Assembly: GCF_009914755.1 (NCBI RefSeq)
Contig: NC_060947.1
Reading direction: 5' to 3' (one strand)
DNA: 64,000 nt
Source: the human T2T-CHM13v2.0 reference genome, Homo sapiens
The position numbers and the translations under genes are program-made. Below the pieces are notes generated by a model. That model did no database searches, was not told where the DNA came from, and was given only the letters and a program-made list of their open reading frames with translations. This document shows, one piece after another, positions 47,355 through 64,000 of this stretch (positions are counted from its first letter, which is position 1; every line of letters begins with the position of its first letter).

Positions 47355-47714
47355 TAAATTAAACCTTTGATTCAGAAGAGTATCTGTTAGTTAGAAGTTA
47401 TCTAGCTGGATAGGGCTTGTAACAAAGAACAAAGTGGGTACGTTTTGTTTAGATTGAGGCATTTTGAAAAAGCCTGGAAAGGACTTATGCCAATATCATG
47501 AACGGATGAAAAACAACATAATAATGCTAAGAGAGCCATTTTTCACAGCTGTGCCTCCCCAGCACCATGGCCCGTGGTCTTGGCTCTTCAAGCTCCACTA
47601 TCACCCTTGCCAAAGACGCTGACACAGGTGGAACCCAATTTTGGACCCCTTGCATGGGGTCTGGCATGCCTCAGAAAAGCCAGAGCACTTGCTGGCATGA
47701 GTGACTCTTGCAGA

Positions 47715-47960
47715 AGTATAGAATAGTGGTTCAGAGTGTCAACTTTGGAATAAAAAATAGAATGCATCTGAGGCACTGTTTTGCAATTTTCTATGGGTTT
47801 GGTCTTGTGCAACTTAGTTAATTTATCAAGGCCTTTTATCTAATGAGGTCAATAATCATAGTAGCTATTTCATTAAGTCATTGTGAGAATTAAATTAATT
47901 AACTCATGTAAAGCACTAAGCACAGTGCCTGGAACATAAAAATGCCCAATAATTGTTGCT
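47715..47960 (+). mobile_element. MIR
   Basis: ttgtgagaattaaat...catgtaaagcactaagcacagtgcctgg. Confidence 0.65.
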
Positions 47961-49769
47961 ATGATGATAATGACAACTGATAATTACAATGACAATAAAC
48001 ACAAGGAAAGCTACAGTTTTAGACCTTAGACCTTCTGTTTATCAGTTAACTTGTTTTGTGCGCAACTCAAATACTGTGTTATTTGGGGGCCACCGATGAA
48101 TGCTAGGGTAGCATTTCACATCATGTACTTTATTCTTTGTAGTTCATATTTAAGACCCATTCAGATCTATGTTCTTAACTGATTTTGTATATTCCTTAAA
48201 GTCAGTTGTTCATTTAACAATTTTTAGAGTACATTTTGTGTGTTTTAAATTTCAGGGATACAGTGGTAAATAAGATTGATGCAATTTTAGAGCTTGCAGT
48301 CTGATAAGTTATGTCTATTTATTTTACTCTGTAGTACATAAAGGAAATATGATAAATGAGTATGCTTAACAAGAAATCTGAATTCATTTAATGTTGGTGG
48401 TAACCATGACAATGTAATTTCATTTATAACTATGTGAATTAAAGAGATTTACAAACTCCTGAAGTCTCACAGCCAGTAAGTGTCAAAGCGGGGACTCCAC
48501 TCAGAGAGTGCTTTTAATTATGTCTTACAACGTTTTTAGTTTTGTAGTGTAAGAAATAGTGTTAAACATAAGAGTAAATCTCCCAACAATCAGAAATGTG
48601 CAACAAGACAGTGAAGTAATGAGTTTCCCTTTACCAAAGGTTTTTAACTGGAAGCTGGAATTCTATAAGGGGAAGTGGTTATTAAATTAGGAGAAGATGT
48701 GGACAAGGTAGCCCTTGTAGAACCTTTCAAATCTAAAATAGGCATTTCTCCCCATATGTCCCTTCATTTAACAAACTCCTTTTTATATTTTAAATTTTAG
48801 CTTAAGCAAGACATTACTTAAGTACTATTTTGCTGCCCCTTCTATTTGCTTCCTATATTTTCTCATTAGACATGACACAATGTCAATTTTGTTCACTAAA
48901 TATATTCATATATTTAAAGCTGATTTTGATTAAAAATGCTGAAAACATTGATTAAACATATATTGATACATAAAGTGGAGAAATTAATTTAATTACAATG
49001 TAAATCACTGTCATTTTTCTAGTTTCCATGTTGGGCTGTTAATTCTCAGGTATTTTCTATATAATTAGAAAAGCAAAAGAGGACCATACATGGACTAATA
49101 AGAGTGTGTTACAAAACAAGGATTATGTATTAAAATCTGTACGAGGTTCAGCACCAGCTTGTGAATTATGTTATTAACAACTCAAATTCTACTGGTCTTT
49201 GTTTCTACCAACACTCATAGGACCTCAGTCAATGCAAATAATTTTCTTACTATCTCTGGATTTTTCAGAGGATGCCTTGTATGCCTGAAAATTAAGTTTA
49301 ATTTTATGTGATTTCAACATATTTCTGACATTTTGCCTTAACTTGGGTCCCTGGGACTTTAACTACCTGTTGTTAAAGAATATACATATGACCTAGAGTT
49401 GAATTAAAGCATTTAAAATTATTCCACCATTATTTTCTACTGCTGTTAACAGTTCCTGTGAGGATTCCTGAGAGTGGAATACAGCCTTGTGTGTCATCTA
49501 ATTGTCAGCTCCACTCCCTGTCTTCCTTGCGTGGTGATTACATGACTAAGAGAGCAAGGATCTATGAAAGCATTCATTTTCAGTGACTGTGGTAGTATCT
49601 GATTAGGCAGGCTTACGGTATAGAATAATCAATTCAAAAGGCAGAAAACTCATCTAGGACTCTGTGTGAGTGTGAATTTTTGCACTGCCTTGCAAAACTA
49701 AGAACACTCAAGGAAACCAAATTATTAATGCATGACAGGCTCAAACTTTTCTAGCCATAAAAATGTACT

Positions 49770-50320
49770 GTAGTCTAGGGAAACTATCTAAAATTTATAA
49801 AGAATCTCAAAAATACCTACAGATAAGATTATAATCCATGATGGTAAACCAGACATTTTACCACCAAAATGAGGAACATGGCAAGGATGTCCCTGTCACC
49901 ATTCCTTTTCAATATTGTGCAGCAAATCTTAGCTAATGCAAGAGGACAAGAAAAAAGAAGTAAAAGATAAACAGATTGAGAAGGAAGCAATAAAGTTGTT
50001 ATTGTTCACAGATGACATGATTGCCTATGTAGAAATTTTTTTTAAAAATTGACAAAGTTGACTATCCTGGAACTAATAAGCAATTATAACAGGATTGCAT
50101 GATGCAAAGTTAATGTACAAAATCCATTCAATTGCTTTTATATATATAAGTAATAAAAAATATACACCTCTTATGTACCCCCAAAATTTAAAACTAAAAA
50201 ATTAAGAGAAAAGAACAATTGGAATCCAAAATTAAATACACAATACCATGTGAATTAGCATCTCCCAAAATGAAATACTTAGGTATAAATGTAACAAAAT
50301 ATGCAAATAAAAATCTGCTT
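49770..50320 (+). mobile_element. Ancient L1M ORF2 reverse-transcriptase fragment
   Basis: ttcacagatgacatgattgcctatgtagaaa (FTDDMIAYVE). Confidence 0.75.
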
Positions 50321-50970
50321 TTCTGTTGATATTTTATGTAACATTAGAATTGCATTTCTTTGGAAAATTCTCTGTATAAATAAAATTAGGACTCTGTGTA
50401 AGGAAGGAGATAAGATATTGGGCAGACATTTCCTGACTATGGGATAATAGCTCTCTTCTGGTGTTGGTTCTGTCATTGCTTTTTCACATTACACATTTTT
50501 ACATCATGTTTGGGATTTTTCCTGTACTTCTTGGAAATCCATTCTCTTCTATCTTCCTATGTCTATGTAGTGGGAATACTTTAACAAGGAATTGTTAAAT
50601 GCAATGTCACACGACAGTTGTTGGTACTACCAACAGTATATCTTTGCATATGAAATACACTTTAGTTGAGGTTTATGCTGCTATATAACCCGTTTTCTTG
50701 TAGTTAACATTTGTTTTGTTTTGGCCACCCAGAAACCACTTTTCTTTATTTAAATATACTAATTTTAATTTCACACTATGTACTTCAGGTGAAACTAAGT
50801 ATAATACAAGCTCTATGGATACAAATTTATGGCATAAGCCTACAACAATCACATTCTATTCCTCTGTCTATAGTTTTTGATTCAGGATTGAGTTTATGAC
50901 AAAGATCAAGCTAATTAGAGACAATGAGACTCAATTCCTGGACTTTTGTTGGTCCTATCAAGAAATCAGA

Positions 50971-51328
50971 TGTATTAGTCTGTTCTCATGCTGCTAATAA
51001 ACACATATCCAAGGCTGGATGATTTATAAAGGAAAGACGTACAACGGCCTCACAGTTCCACATGGCTGGGGAGACCTCACAAACATGGCAGAAGGTGAAG
51101 GAAGAGCGAAGTCCAGTCTTACATGATGGCAGTCAAGAGAGCATGTGCAGGGTAACTCCCCTTTATAAAACCATCAGATCTTACGAGGCTTATTCACTAT
51201 CACAAGAACAGCACTGGAAAAGCTCACTCCCATGATTCAATTGCTTCCCACCAGGTCCCTCCCATGACACATGGAATTTTACAATTCAAAGTGAGTTTTG
51301 GGTAAGGACACAGAGCCAAAGCATTTCA
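50971..51328 (-). mobile_element. THE1 (B/C-like) solo LTR, probably inside an older MLT1 LTR (~50700-51615)
   Basis: tgtattagtc...catttca termini, perfect TSD TCAGA. Confidence 0.9.
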
Positions 51329-52429
51329 TCAGACATTCTTTTTATGTTGGAATTGGTTTAGAGTTAGCATAGTCCTCTAATTACTATGAGAAAAGAATCT
51401 GTAAGGACTGAAACCAACCCAGAGAAAGTGTACCAAAGCAATACACAGAAAGAAACAGGATTGTTTAACATTTATTTGGTCCTCTATATCAAGCCATGCT
51501 TGAAACAAAGACTTACTCCCAGATATTATTTAGTAACATGAGGCAATAAATTCTTTTGATTAAGCCAGTTTATTTGAGCTCCTCTTCACTTGTGAGAAAA
51601 AGAGTTGTAACTTACTCAAAAGTTTACTTTATGAATTCTACCTATTTGGAATTTCTGGACATTGGGTTAACATTCATCAAACATTCATTTATGCTCAAAG
51701 TTGGAGGTGGGAGATCCTGATACAAGTTTGCTTGATATTAAGATTTGAAAATGTGTCTGCAGGATAAACCAGTAAGTATTTCATATTACAAAATAATATT
51801 TTTCCATTTTAACAAGATTATTTTATAGGTAAAATGGCTTACTCTGCTTGGTATGTTAAGAGTAACTAATGGAAGCATTTTAACTAAAGGGAGGAGAAAA
51901 ACTTCACAACATTTTTCACCTTCTGTTGGTTTGTATCCATAAATTGCTGGACAAGAAAGAGATTTGTTACCCATGTGGCATTTGCCTATCCCTGGTCAAT
52001 TTGGCTGTGATTAGGCGATTCATGATGATTCAGTGTCATTCACAGGAAACATTTGCTTTCATTCAAGTACAGTTTAGGGTCATATCACACTGCAGAATAC
52101 TATGAACTGAGTATTTTTTTCTTACACAGTAACTAATTTTTGCAGCTGTTCAGTATAATACATTTTGTTTCAGTTTATATAGTAGGGAACTAAAACCCAT
52201 AGAGATGCATATACTTGCCTAAAGTTGCCTAGTAAATACAATGGTTGGAATTTCAAAAAAAACTTAAACTATAATGCATGTAAACAACAAGCCATTTGAA
52301 CTGTGCAAAATGTAGTATCATACAAAGAGAGTGGCTATAGCATCTGAGAACCTAATTCCCTTTACCCAAAAGAAATCTACATTAATATTTTCATATATAA
52401 TCTCAGAAACACTCTATATCTATGCAGAC

Positions 52430-52725
52430 TTTTTTTCTCTTATTAACTTTTATTTTAAGTTCAGGAGTACAAGTCCAGGTTTGTTATATAGGTAAACTTG
52501 TGTCATGGGAGTCTGTGTACAGTTTATTTCATTACCCAGGTATTAGACCTAGTACCCATTAGTTATTCATCATGATCCTCCCTCTCCTTCCACGCTACAC
52601 CCTCTGAAAGGACCCAGTGTCTGTTGTTCCCCACTATGTGTCCATGTGTTATCATCATTTAGCTCCCACTTATAAGAGAACATGTGGTATTTGGTTTTCT
52701 GTTCCTGTATTAGTGTGCTAACGAT
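52430..52725 (-). mobile_element. Short old L1PA 3'UTR
   Basis: ttttaagttcaggagtacaagtccaggtttgttatataggtaaac. Confidence 0.8.
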
Positions 52726-55700
52726 AATAAAAATAAAAATCGCATTTTACTTTTTACCAACTCACTTTATTCAGTTGACATTATATTTGAGGAAAAATTT
52801 TATAGCAAAATTTCTACAACTATCTACATGCAGGCAGTATTCTTTAAAAAGGCTGCCAAGTATTTCTTTCTACAAAAGTAAAACATATACATTATAACTA
52901 ATTATTTTAATTAATTTCGTATTTTCCAGGCTTTTAAAGCTGGGGTTTGGAGCTTGAACTCTCTGATTTGAAAGTTATACTGCTTTCTAGTACACAACAT
53001 TACATCTAACCCTTTAATTTTCCACATAAACAAACTGAACATCTAGTAAGTCAAAGTGCTTTTTTGTTGTTGTTGTTTTGTTTTGTTTTGTTTTTTGTTG
53101 TTTGTTTTTTTTCCACAATGCCAGGAGGCATTACTTTCTTCAGGAAGTTTTTTGTTCAGCCTATCATTGTAAAGGTTTTTTTTAAAAAAAACATCTTAGC
53201 TAATATTTTAGGCATAAAAATGTAACACTTTTGAAAAAAGGTAAACATGTCTTTATTACAGCATTTATTTGCTAGCATTCTTAATTTAATTTCATTTTAA
53301 AATGTTTTAATTTAATAGCTTTTGGGGTAAAAGTGGTTTTTTTTGTTATATGGATGAATTATATAGTGGTGAATTCTGAGATTTTAGTTCACTAGTCATT
53401 CAAGTAGTGTACATTATATTTAATATGTAGTTTTGTATCCCTAGCCTCACCCCACCCTCCCCCTTCTGAGTCTTTAAAATCCATTATATGACCCTGTATG
53501 TCTTTGCATGCTCATAGCTTAGCTCCCTCTTTTAAGTGAGAACATACAGTTTTTGATTATTCACTCCTGCGTTACCTTACTTAGAATAATGCCCTCCAGC
53601 TCCATCCAAGTTGTTACTAAATACATTATTTCACTTCTTTATATGACTGAGTAGTATTCCATGGTGTATATATAGCATATTTTCTTTATCTACTCATTAG
53701 TCGATGGGCACTTAGGTTGGTTCCACATTTTGCAATTGTGAATTGCACCACTCTAAACATATGTGTGTAGGTGGCTTTTTCATATAATGACTTATTTTCC
53801 TTTGAGTAGATACCCAGAAGTGGAATTGCTGGATCAAATGGTAGAACTACTTTTAGCTCTTCAATGAATCTCCATACTATTTTCCTTAGAGTTTGTACTA
53901 ATTTACATTTGCATCAGCAGTGTATAAGGGTTCCATTTTCCCCACATCCACACCAACATCGATTGGTTTTTGATTTTTTAATAATGATCATTCTTGCAGG
54001 AATAAGGTGGTATCTCATTTTGGTTTTATTATAATTTGCATTTCCCTGATTATTTGTGACAGTGAGCATTATTTTGCATGTTTATTGGCCATTTCTATAT
54101 CTTCTTTTGAGAAATGTCTATTCATGTCCTTTGCCCACTTTTTGATGGGATTATTTTCTTTTTCTTACTGATTTGTTTCAGTTCCCTGTAGATTCTTGAT
54201 ACTAGGCTTTTTTCGGGATGCATAGTTTGCAAATATTTTCTCGAATTCTTTGAGTTGGCTGTTTACTCTGTCTTTTATGTGCAGAAACTTTTTAGTTTAA
54301 TTATTTAATTATTACTATTTAATTATTTTTGTTTTTGTTGCTTTTGCTTTTGGAGTCTTACTCATGATTTCTTTTCCAAGGTGGGTATCTAAAAGAGTTT
54401 TTCTAACATTGTCATCTAGAATTTTTATGGTTTCAGGTCTTTGATTTAAGCCTTTCATTCATTCTCAGTTAATTTTTGTATACAGTAAGAGATAGGGATC
54501 CACTTTCATTATTTTACCTGTGGGTTGCCAGTTTTCCCAGGACCATTTATAAATAGGGTGTCTGCTCCTCAATTTATATTTTTTATGTTTTGTCGAAGAT
54601 CAGTTAGCTATATGTATTTGGCTTTATTTCTGTGTTCTCTATTTTGTTCTATTGGACCATGTGCCAGTGTTTATACCAGTACCATGCTCTTTTGGTAACT
54701 ATAGTCTTATAGTATAATTTGAAGTTGGTAATATGATGCCTCTACATTTGTTCTTTTTGCTTAAGATTTCTTTGGCTATTTGAGCTTTTATTTTATTCCA
54801 TACAATTTTTAGGAATGTTTTTCTAATTCGTGAAAAATGTTGGTATTTTAATGGGAATTACATTTAATCTGTAAATTGCTTTGGGCAGTATGGTTATATT
54901 CATAATATTGACTCTTCCAATTCATGAGCATTGAATGTTTCCATATTTTGTGTGGGTGTGTGTCATCTATGACTTATTTGAACAGTGTGCTGTAGTTCTG
55001 CCTGTAGAGATCTTTCACCTCCCTGGTTAAAGATATTCCTAGGCAGTTTATTTTTTCTTTGTTGCTGTTGTCAAAGGGATTGAGTTCTTGATTTTATTCT
55101 CAGCTTGGTCATTGTTTTTGTATAACAGTGCCACTGACTTGTGTACATTGATTGTGTAACCTGAGACTTTGTTGAATTTGTTTATCAAATCTAAGAGTCT
55201 TTGTTCTGGCTAGGACTTCCAGAACTATGTTAAATAGGTGTGGAGAAAGTGGACATCCTTTTCTGATTCCAGTTCTCTGGAAGAATGTTTTAAATATTTT
55301 CCCATTCAGTATGATGCTGGCTGTGGGTTTGTCAGGTATGGCTTTCTATTATTTTGAGGTAAGTGCCTTCAATGCTGAGTCTTTTAAGACTTTTTATCAT
55401 ATAGAGATTCTGCAACTAATCAAATGCCTTTTCTGCATCTGTTGAGGTGATGCCATAGTTTTTGCTTTTAATCCTTTGTATGTGATATGTCACATTTATT
55501 GACTTATGTATGTTAAGCTATCCCTGCATCCCTGGGATGAAACCCACTTGATCATGGTGTATTATTTTTTTGATGTGCTGTTGAATTTTGTTAACTGGTA
55601 TTTTGTTGAGAATTTTTGCATCTATGTTCATCAGGAATATTGGTCTGTAGTTTTCTTTTTGTTTTGTTATGTCATTACCTGGTTTTGCTATAAGGGTGAT

Positions 55701-55733
55701 ACTCGATTTATAGGACGATTTAGGGAAGAGTTC

Positions 55734-57392
55734 AGTAATAGTCCATTTCCACACTGCTGTAAAGACATAACTGATACTTAAAAGTTTCAAAATGATCTCC
55801 TTTGACTCCATGTCTCACACCTGGGTCATGCTGATGCCAGAGGTGGGTTACCATGATCTTGGGCAGCTCTGCCCTTTTGGCTTAGCAGGGTATAACCTCC
55901 CTCCCAGCTGATTTCATGGGCTGGTGTTGAGTGTCTGGCTTTTCCAGGCACACAGTGTAAGCTGTCAGTGAATCTAGCATTCTGGGATCTGGAGGACAGT
56001 GGTCCTTTTCTCACAGCTCCACTCAGCAGTGCCTCAGTAGGACTCCGTGTAGGAGCTCCAACCTCTCATCTCCCTTCCACCCTGCCCTAGCAGAGGTTCT
56101 GTATGAGAGCCCCACCTCTGCAGTAAAATTCTGCTGGGACATCCAGGCATTTGCATACATCTTCTGAAATCTAGGTGGAGGTTCCCAAACCTCAATTCTT
56201 GACTTCTGTGTACCCAGAGGCTTGACACCACATGGAAGCTGCCAAAGCTTGAAGCTTTCATCCTCTGAAGCCACAGGCCTTTTCTACATTGGCCCCTTTC
56301 AGCCACAGCTGGAGTGGCTGGGACACAGGGCACCATTCCCTAGGCTGTACACATCATGGAGACCCTGGGCCCAGCCTATAAAACCACATTTTCCTCCTAG
56401 GCTTTAGGTCCTGTAATGGGAGGGGTAGCTGTGGAGACCTCTGACATGCTCTGAAGACATTTTCCTCATTGTCTTGGAGATTAATATATAGTTTCTCATT
56501 ACATATGCAAATTAATGCAGCAGGCTTGTATTTCTCCTCAGAAAATGGGACTTTCTTTTCTATTGCATTGTCAGGCTGCAATTTTTTGGAATTTTTATGC
56601 TCTGCTTTCTTCATAAAACTGAATGCCTTTAACAGCACCCAAGTCACCTCTTGAATGCTTTGCTGCTTAGAAATTTCTTCTGGCAGATACCCTAAATCAT
56701 CTCTCTCATGTTCAAAGTTCCACAAATCTCTAGAGCAGGGGCAAAATGCCACCAGTCTCTCTTCTAAAACATAACAAGAGTCACCTTTGCTCCAGTTCCC
56801 AACAATTTCCTCATCTCCATCTGAAACCCCCTCGCCCTGGATCTTATTGTTCATATCACTATCAGCATTTTTTGTCAAAGCCATTTTGACATGTGAGAAG
56901 TTCTAAATTTTCTCACATTTTCCGGTCTTTTTCTGAGCCTCTAATCTGTTTCGACTTCTGCCTGTTACCCAGTTCCAAAGTCATTTTCACATTTTGGGGT
57001 ATATTTTCAGCAATATCCCACTCTAGTGGTACCAATTTACTGTATTAATCTGTTTTCATGCTGCTGATAGAGACATACCTGAGACTGGGCAATTTACAAA
57101 AGAAAGAGGTTTAATGGACTTACAATTACACATGGCTGGGGAAACATCACAATCATGGTGGAAGGAAAGGAGGAGCAAGTCTCATTTTACATAAATGGCA
57201 GGACACAAAGAGAGAGAGCTTGTGCAGGGTAACTTTTCTTTTTAAAAACATCAGATCTCATGAGACTCATTATCATGAGAACAGCACAGAAAAGACTTGT
57301 CCCCATGATTCAATCACCTCCCATTGGTTCCCTCCCACAACAGGTGGAAATTCAATGTAAGATTTGGGTGGGGACACAGCCAAACGATATCA
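55734..57392 (-). mobile_element. THE1A-type provirus with most of the 3' LTR deleted; 5' LTR 57041-57392
   Basis: ~45 bp of LTR end joined to internal sequence near 55778; flanks gttca/gttcc. Confidence 0.9.
56354..56884 (-). pseudogene. THE1 internal-region ORF remnant (176 aa open)
   Basis: Lies at the 5' end of the internal region; ADSDMNNKIQ..VSDGDEE..GNWSKGDSCY is the typical MaLR-internal translation. Confidence 0.6.
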
Positions 57393-58056
57393 GTTCCCTT
57401 TCTCTCAATCTTTTGAAATGGTTTCACTAGGATTGGTAACAATTTTTCTCTGAATGTCTGGTACAGTTCAGCTGTGAATCCATCTGGTCCTGAGCTTTTA
57501 TTATGTTGGCCATTTTTAAATTATGAATTCAATCTTGCTGCTTGTTATTTGTTCAGGTTTCTATTTCTTCCCGATTTAATCTAGGAGGGTTGTACTTTTT
57601 CAGGAATTTATCTAGTTTCTCTAAGTTTTCTGGTTTGTGCACATAAAAGTGTTCATAGTAGTGTCAGGTAATCTTTTGTATTTCTGTAGTGTCAGTTGTA
57701 ATGTCTCCAGTCTCATTTCTAATTGAGCTTATTTGGATCCTCTCTCTTTTTCTTGGCTCATCTAGCTAAGGGTCTATCAATTTTATTTATTTTTTAAGTT
57801 CAAGTAACCAGCTTTCTAATCCGCTGATCTTTTGTATTCTTTTGTTTTAATGTCATCTAGCTCTGCTCTGATTTTTGTTATTTCTTTTCTTCTGCTTGCT
57901 TTGGGTTTAGTTTGTTTTTATTTCACTAGTTTCTTGAGGTGTGACATTAGGTTGTCAGTTTGTGTTCTTTGAGACTTTTTGATGCAGGCATTTAGTGCTA
58001 TAGACTTTCCTATTAAACACTGCTTTTTCTGTATCCCACAGTTATTGAAAACTTGA

Positions 58057-58378
<322 letters not shown>

Positions 58379-58870
58379 CATCATGTAGATTTTAAGCCCA
58401 GCATGCACTAAGTATCTGTCCTAATGCCCTCCTTCTCCTGGCCCCTCACCCCCTGACAGGTGTGTGTTGTTCCCCTCCCTGTGTCCATGTGTTCTCATTG
58501 TTCAACTTCCACTTATGAGTGAGAACACTGGGTGTGTGGTTTTAAAGTTTACTGAGACTTGTTTTGTGGTTCTTTCATATGGTCTATCTTGGAGATTGTT
58601 CCATGTGCTGATGAGAAGAATGTATATTCTGGTTTTATTTTTAACTTAGAAATCATTTGGGAGAAGATTATTTAATTCCAAAGTATTTGTATAATTTTGA
58701 AGGTCCCTTCTAGAGTTGATTTCTATCTTGATTTCACTATGGTGTTAGAGGATATTTGCCATGATTTTGATTTTTTTAAAGTTCCAGGATACATGTGCAG
58801 AACGTGCAGGTTTGTTACATAGGAATACATGTGCCACGGTGGTTTGCTACACCTATCAACTCGTCATATA
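58379..58870 (-). mobile_element. Permuted block: two halves of a short L1PA 3'UTR (58379-58543, 58781-58870) enclosing host L1PB pieces
   Basis: The halves are consecutive in the L1PA 3'UTR but in swapped order; TTTTAAAGTT at 58540 and 58774. Confidence 0.75.
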
Positions 58871-61779
58871 GCTTTAATGCTTATGGTTATGTATAGCCTA
58901 ATTCGGTTCTTCATGCTTTCAGGGATAAAGACTCTATAAGATTTCCTTAGTTCCAGAGAATCTTTGTATGTTGAATTTCTCATATGCTGGTTGTAGTAGC
59001 AATATGTTTGATGTGTGAGCAAGTTTATTGTCTCCTATGGCGTTGGAATGGTAGAGGTCTCTTGAAGTTTGTCTCATTTCCTCATGCTGTGCATTTATTT
59101 ATTTATTTATTTATTTATCTATCTATGTGTTTAGCCCAGTATATTATTTACTGGTTTGATGGTTCAGGCTTCAGGTCAGTAGGGACGTGTCCCTAGGTAG
59201 GGACCAGTTGTGGCTAAAGCAAGTGAGTGAATACAATACTTGATGGTGGGCAGAGGTCCCAGCCTTGACAGAGTGGCTGGAGGAGCTTTCATTGAGTCAC
59301 ATTAAGGTCTTATCAGAAAAATGGATTGAAGTCACCTTAGCTCCTCTGCCTGGTAAACAGGAAAGCTACATGCTTCTCAGACACACTCCTATCCCAGTGC
59401 TCTGGCTATTCATATCAAACAGGCACCTATTTTCATCTGTAGAAATGTTCATATTTCAAGTGGGGAGGAATTGTGACTCTGTCTCTCATGCAAGCCTGAA
59501 CCTGGAGGGTGCTCCTCCTGTGGCAATGCAGTCACCGTGTTGTGTTCCAGAAAATCTTTCTATAGTTGCACCTGTGCCAAGCCCCTGTGAGAGACGCCAA
59601 AAATGTGCCTTTGTTGGTAGATAAGGGACAATAGACCTTCCCTTATCCAAGACTCTTGTGCATATGAAGACATATGCACAAGGGCTGTCTGACTGTTGGG
59701 TTAGAGCTGAATATTTTTCCTGCTGAGCCTAGCACTGCAACCGTGCCTCTGCTGGAAGAAACTTCCCACCAGTGGAAAGACCTGGTGCTCAAGGCCTGAC
59801 ATCATGATTCTTTTTTCCCAAGAATTATTCCCTTTATTTGGTGTACTCCTCTTCCCCTAGAAGTGGGAGTTGTTAGAAGCCAGAATACAGTGAGTGCTGT
59901 TGCTCCTCTGGGTCTAGCCACCCAGTTAAGTTGCCTCACTCCAGAATTGTGCTAGGGAGTGTCTGCAAGAGATCTGGCTATGTGACCCGTCCTCAAGTCT
60001 CCCAGCAGGGGATGGAAGCATCAGCTTTAATTGGGGTGTCAGGGGAGTAATGTAGACTCTGTGAGATTCCTTGGTTATAGATGGCCCTGTGTTGGTTTTC
60101 TTGAACACAAGTTATAATAGTAATAAACTGGTCACATGAACAGACTCCGGAACCTCTGGTTATCCAGAGTGGTAAAACTAGTGGTGATAGCTGAGGTCAC
60201 ACAGCCATTTTCTTCTTTCTGGGTTCAGTGTTATTCTACCAGGAGATGCTGCAATGGACTGTGTTGGTTGGCCTCCAGCCAGAAGGTTGTGCTTCTAATA
60301 GAGCAACAGCTATGGTAGTAGCAGTGAGATTTTTGCTTGCCTTATGTTGCTTGAGGAGTCACTCTGGTTTCTCAGGCAATGGGCAGGGTCATATAGCTCC
60401 CCAACATTATGTCCTTTGTTCTAAGCTACCAGGGTGAGTAGCAGGGCAAACCCAGGTGGGGGCTGGGTCAGGAGGATTTGTGCTCTGACTCTACATGTCC
60501 AGGGCAAGAAGCAGGCCCATAGGTGTCAGGGGACAGTGAGAGCTCTCAGGCCACTGAGTTAATGTTCCAGAAAGGAATGTTGCTGCCTCTGCTGCACAAA
60601 AGACTTTGTGCAGGGATTGGGGAGTGCCAGGCAGCAGTAAATCCCACACAGATCCCGCAAACTTGCTGAGGCAAACCCCACTCCCACAGTGTTCCACTAG
60701 AAGCAGCGAGCTAAGTTCCAGGCAGCCTGCATTCAGAACTCACAACTGCCCCAGGTCATAAGCTTTCCCTGTGGAGAAAGCAACCATGGCTTTTAGGCCA
60801 TTGCCCTGCCACAATCCACCTCATCTGCCTACAAAGCCAGATGCCTGACTTCTGCATTCCTGGCTGCAGCCCACATTTTACTCACTGCTACCCCAGCTCC
60901 TGGCCAAAGGAGTTCAACCCCCTTTGTCATTACATTGTGAAACCCAGTTAGGGGTGTGTTTCAACCTGTGACCACTGCTTGAGCTATTTGGCTGACCTCC
61001 ACAAACTCCCCTATGAAAACAATAAGGAATGTCTTCCCTCACTCCATACTGGACACTGGGAGTGTACACATGGGTCTTTCTGATACTGCTTCCACTTTTA
61101 TATCTCACGACACCCTCCCAAGTTGGTTCCAGCATTGTGTAGAAGTAAGTATTTCCCCGTGGCCTGGACTTTCAAGCTCTCCATTGGTTTGAATCCCAGA
61201 GGCAGTCTCTTCCCCTCTTCACACTCTGGGGACTCACAGGTCTTTGGCTAATTCACTGTGTAGCTGCAGCCTGCTACTTTCCTTCAGAGAGTCTGAATTC
61301 CCTTGGTTGTCCTGTTCAATTCCTGTATCACTTCTTGAAAATAGTTCACAGAGTGAATCTGTACAAACTGTTTTCCCCTTCCCAGTAGAAGTGGTATGCT
61401 AGCATTGCCTCTTATCTGCCATTTTGGAAACAAAAAGCTACATTCCTCATCTTAAAAAAGTTTTGTGTCAGTGGCCTTGTCTCTGGGGAGCTTACAGGCA
61501 GTTAGGTTGGGTAACATGCACGCACTTCAAGAGTCCAGCATGGACTAAGGGAATACATTCCTTATTGTTTTTCACAGGGAGCCTTGCGAAGATCAGCCAA
61601 ATAGCTCAGTCAGTGTTCCCAGGTGGAAAGATACCCCAGCTGCATTTCAGACTGCCATATGTTGGCAAATTTTCTTTTTGATGGTTTATTCAGTACTGTA
61701 GAAGAATTAAAAAATCAATTTCCTATGTTTATTTTCTCATGCTATTTTGGCAACATGCAAAGTTTAAGAAGACGGTAAT

Positions 61780-64000
<2,221 letters not shown>

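Noticed and set aside
47644-47661. Near-palindrome GACCCCTTGCATGGGGTC in a GC-richer patch
   Set aside because: A single short hairpin with no supporting context; plausible by chance in 64 kb.
59200-61430. GC-richer region with several 60-119 aa ORFs that could be exons
   Set aside because: It is the antisense 5' region of the L1PB-like element, ending at tctgccattttgg and the TSD.

Overview
Human genomic DNA: a diagnostic AluYa5 sits at 3905-4209. The window is AT-rich and gene-poor, and about 60% LINE-1 by my rough tally. I found no cellular protein-coding exon, RNA gene, CRISPR array or prokaryotic system; almost all long ORFs in the track are decayed L1 ORF1/ORF2, Alu or MaLR frames. The main elements are a near-full-length L1PA4 (12851-18983), an L1PA8-like element (24310-30356), an L1PB-like element on the minus strand (about 53290-61430), THE1 proviruses and solo LTRs, MLT2A, MER21, MER85, Tigger3a, several Alus and deeply nested insertions. 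Most interesting: (1) an open, C-terminally extended antisense ORF0 in the L1PA4 5'UTR; (2) a circularly permuted ~500-bp block next to a TSD-less AluY at 58.1-58.9 kb; (3) a ~137-bp locally templated insertion at 10.2 kb; (4) a very young AluYa5 inside a four-layer nest; (5) two twin-priming inversions. Subfamily names come from recalled consensus sequences, not from a search. I do not see evidence for a genuinely new biological system.
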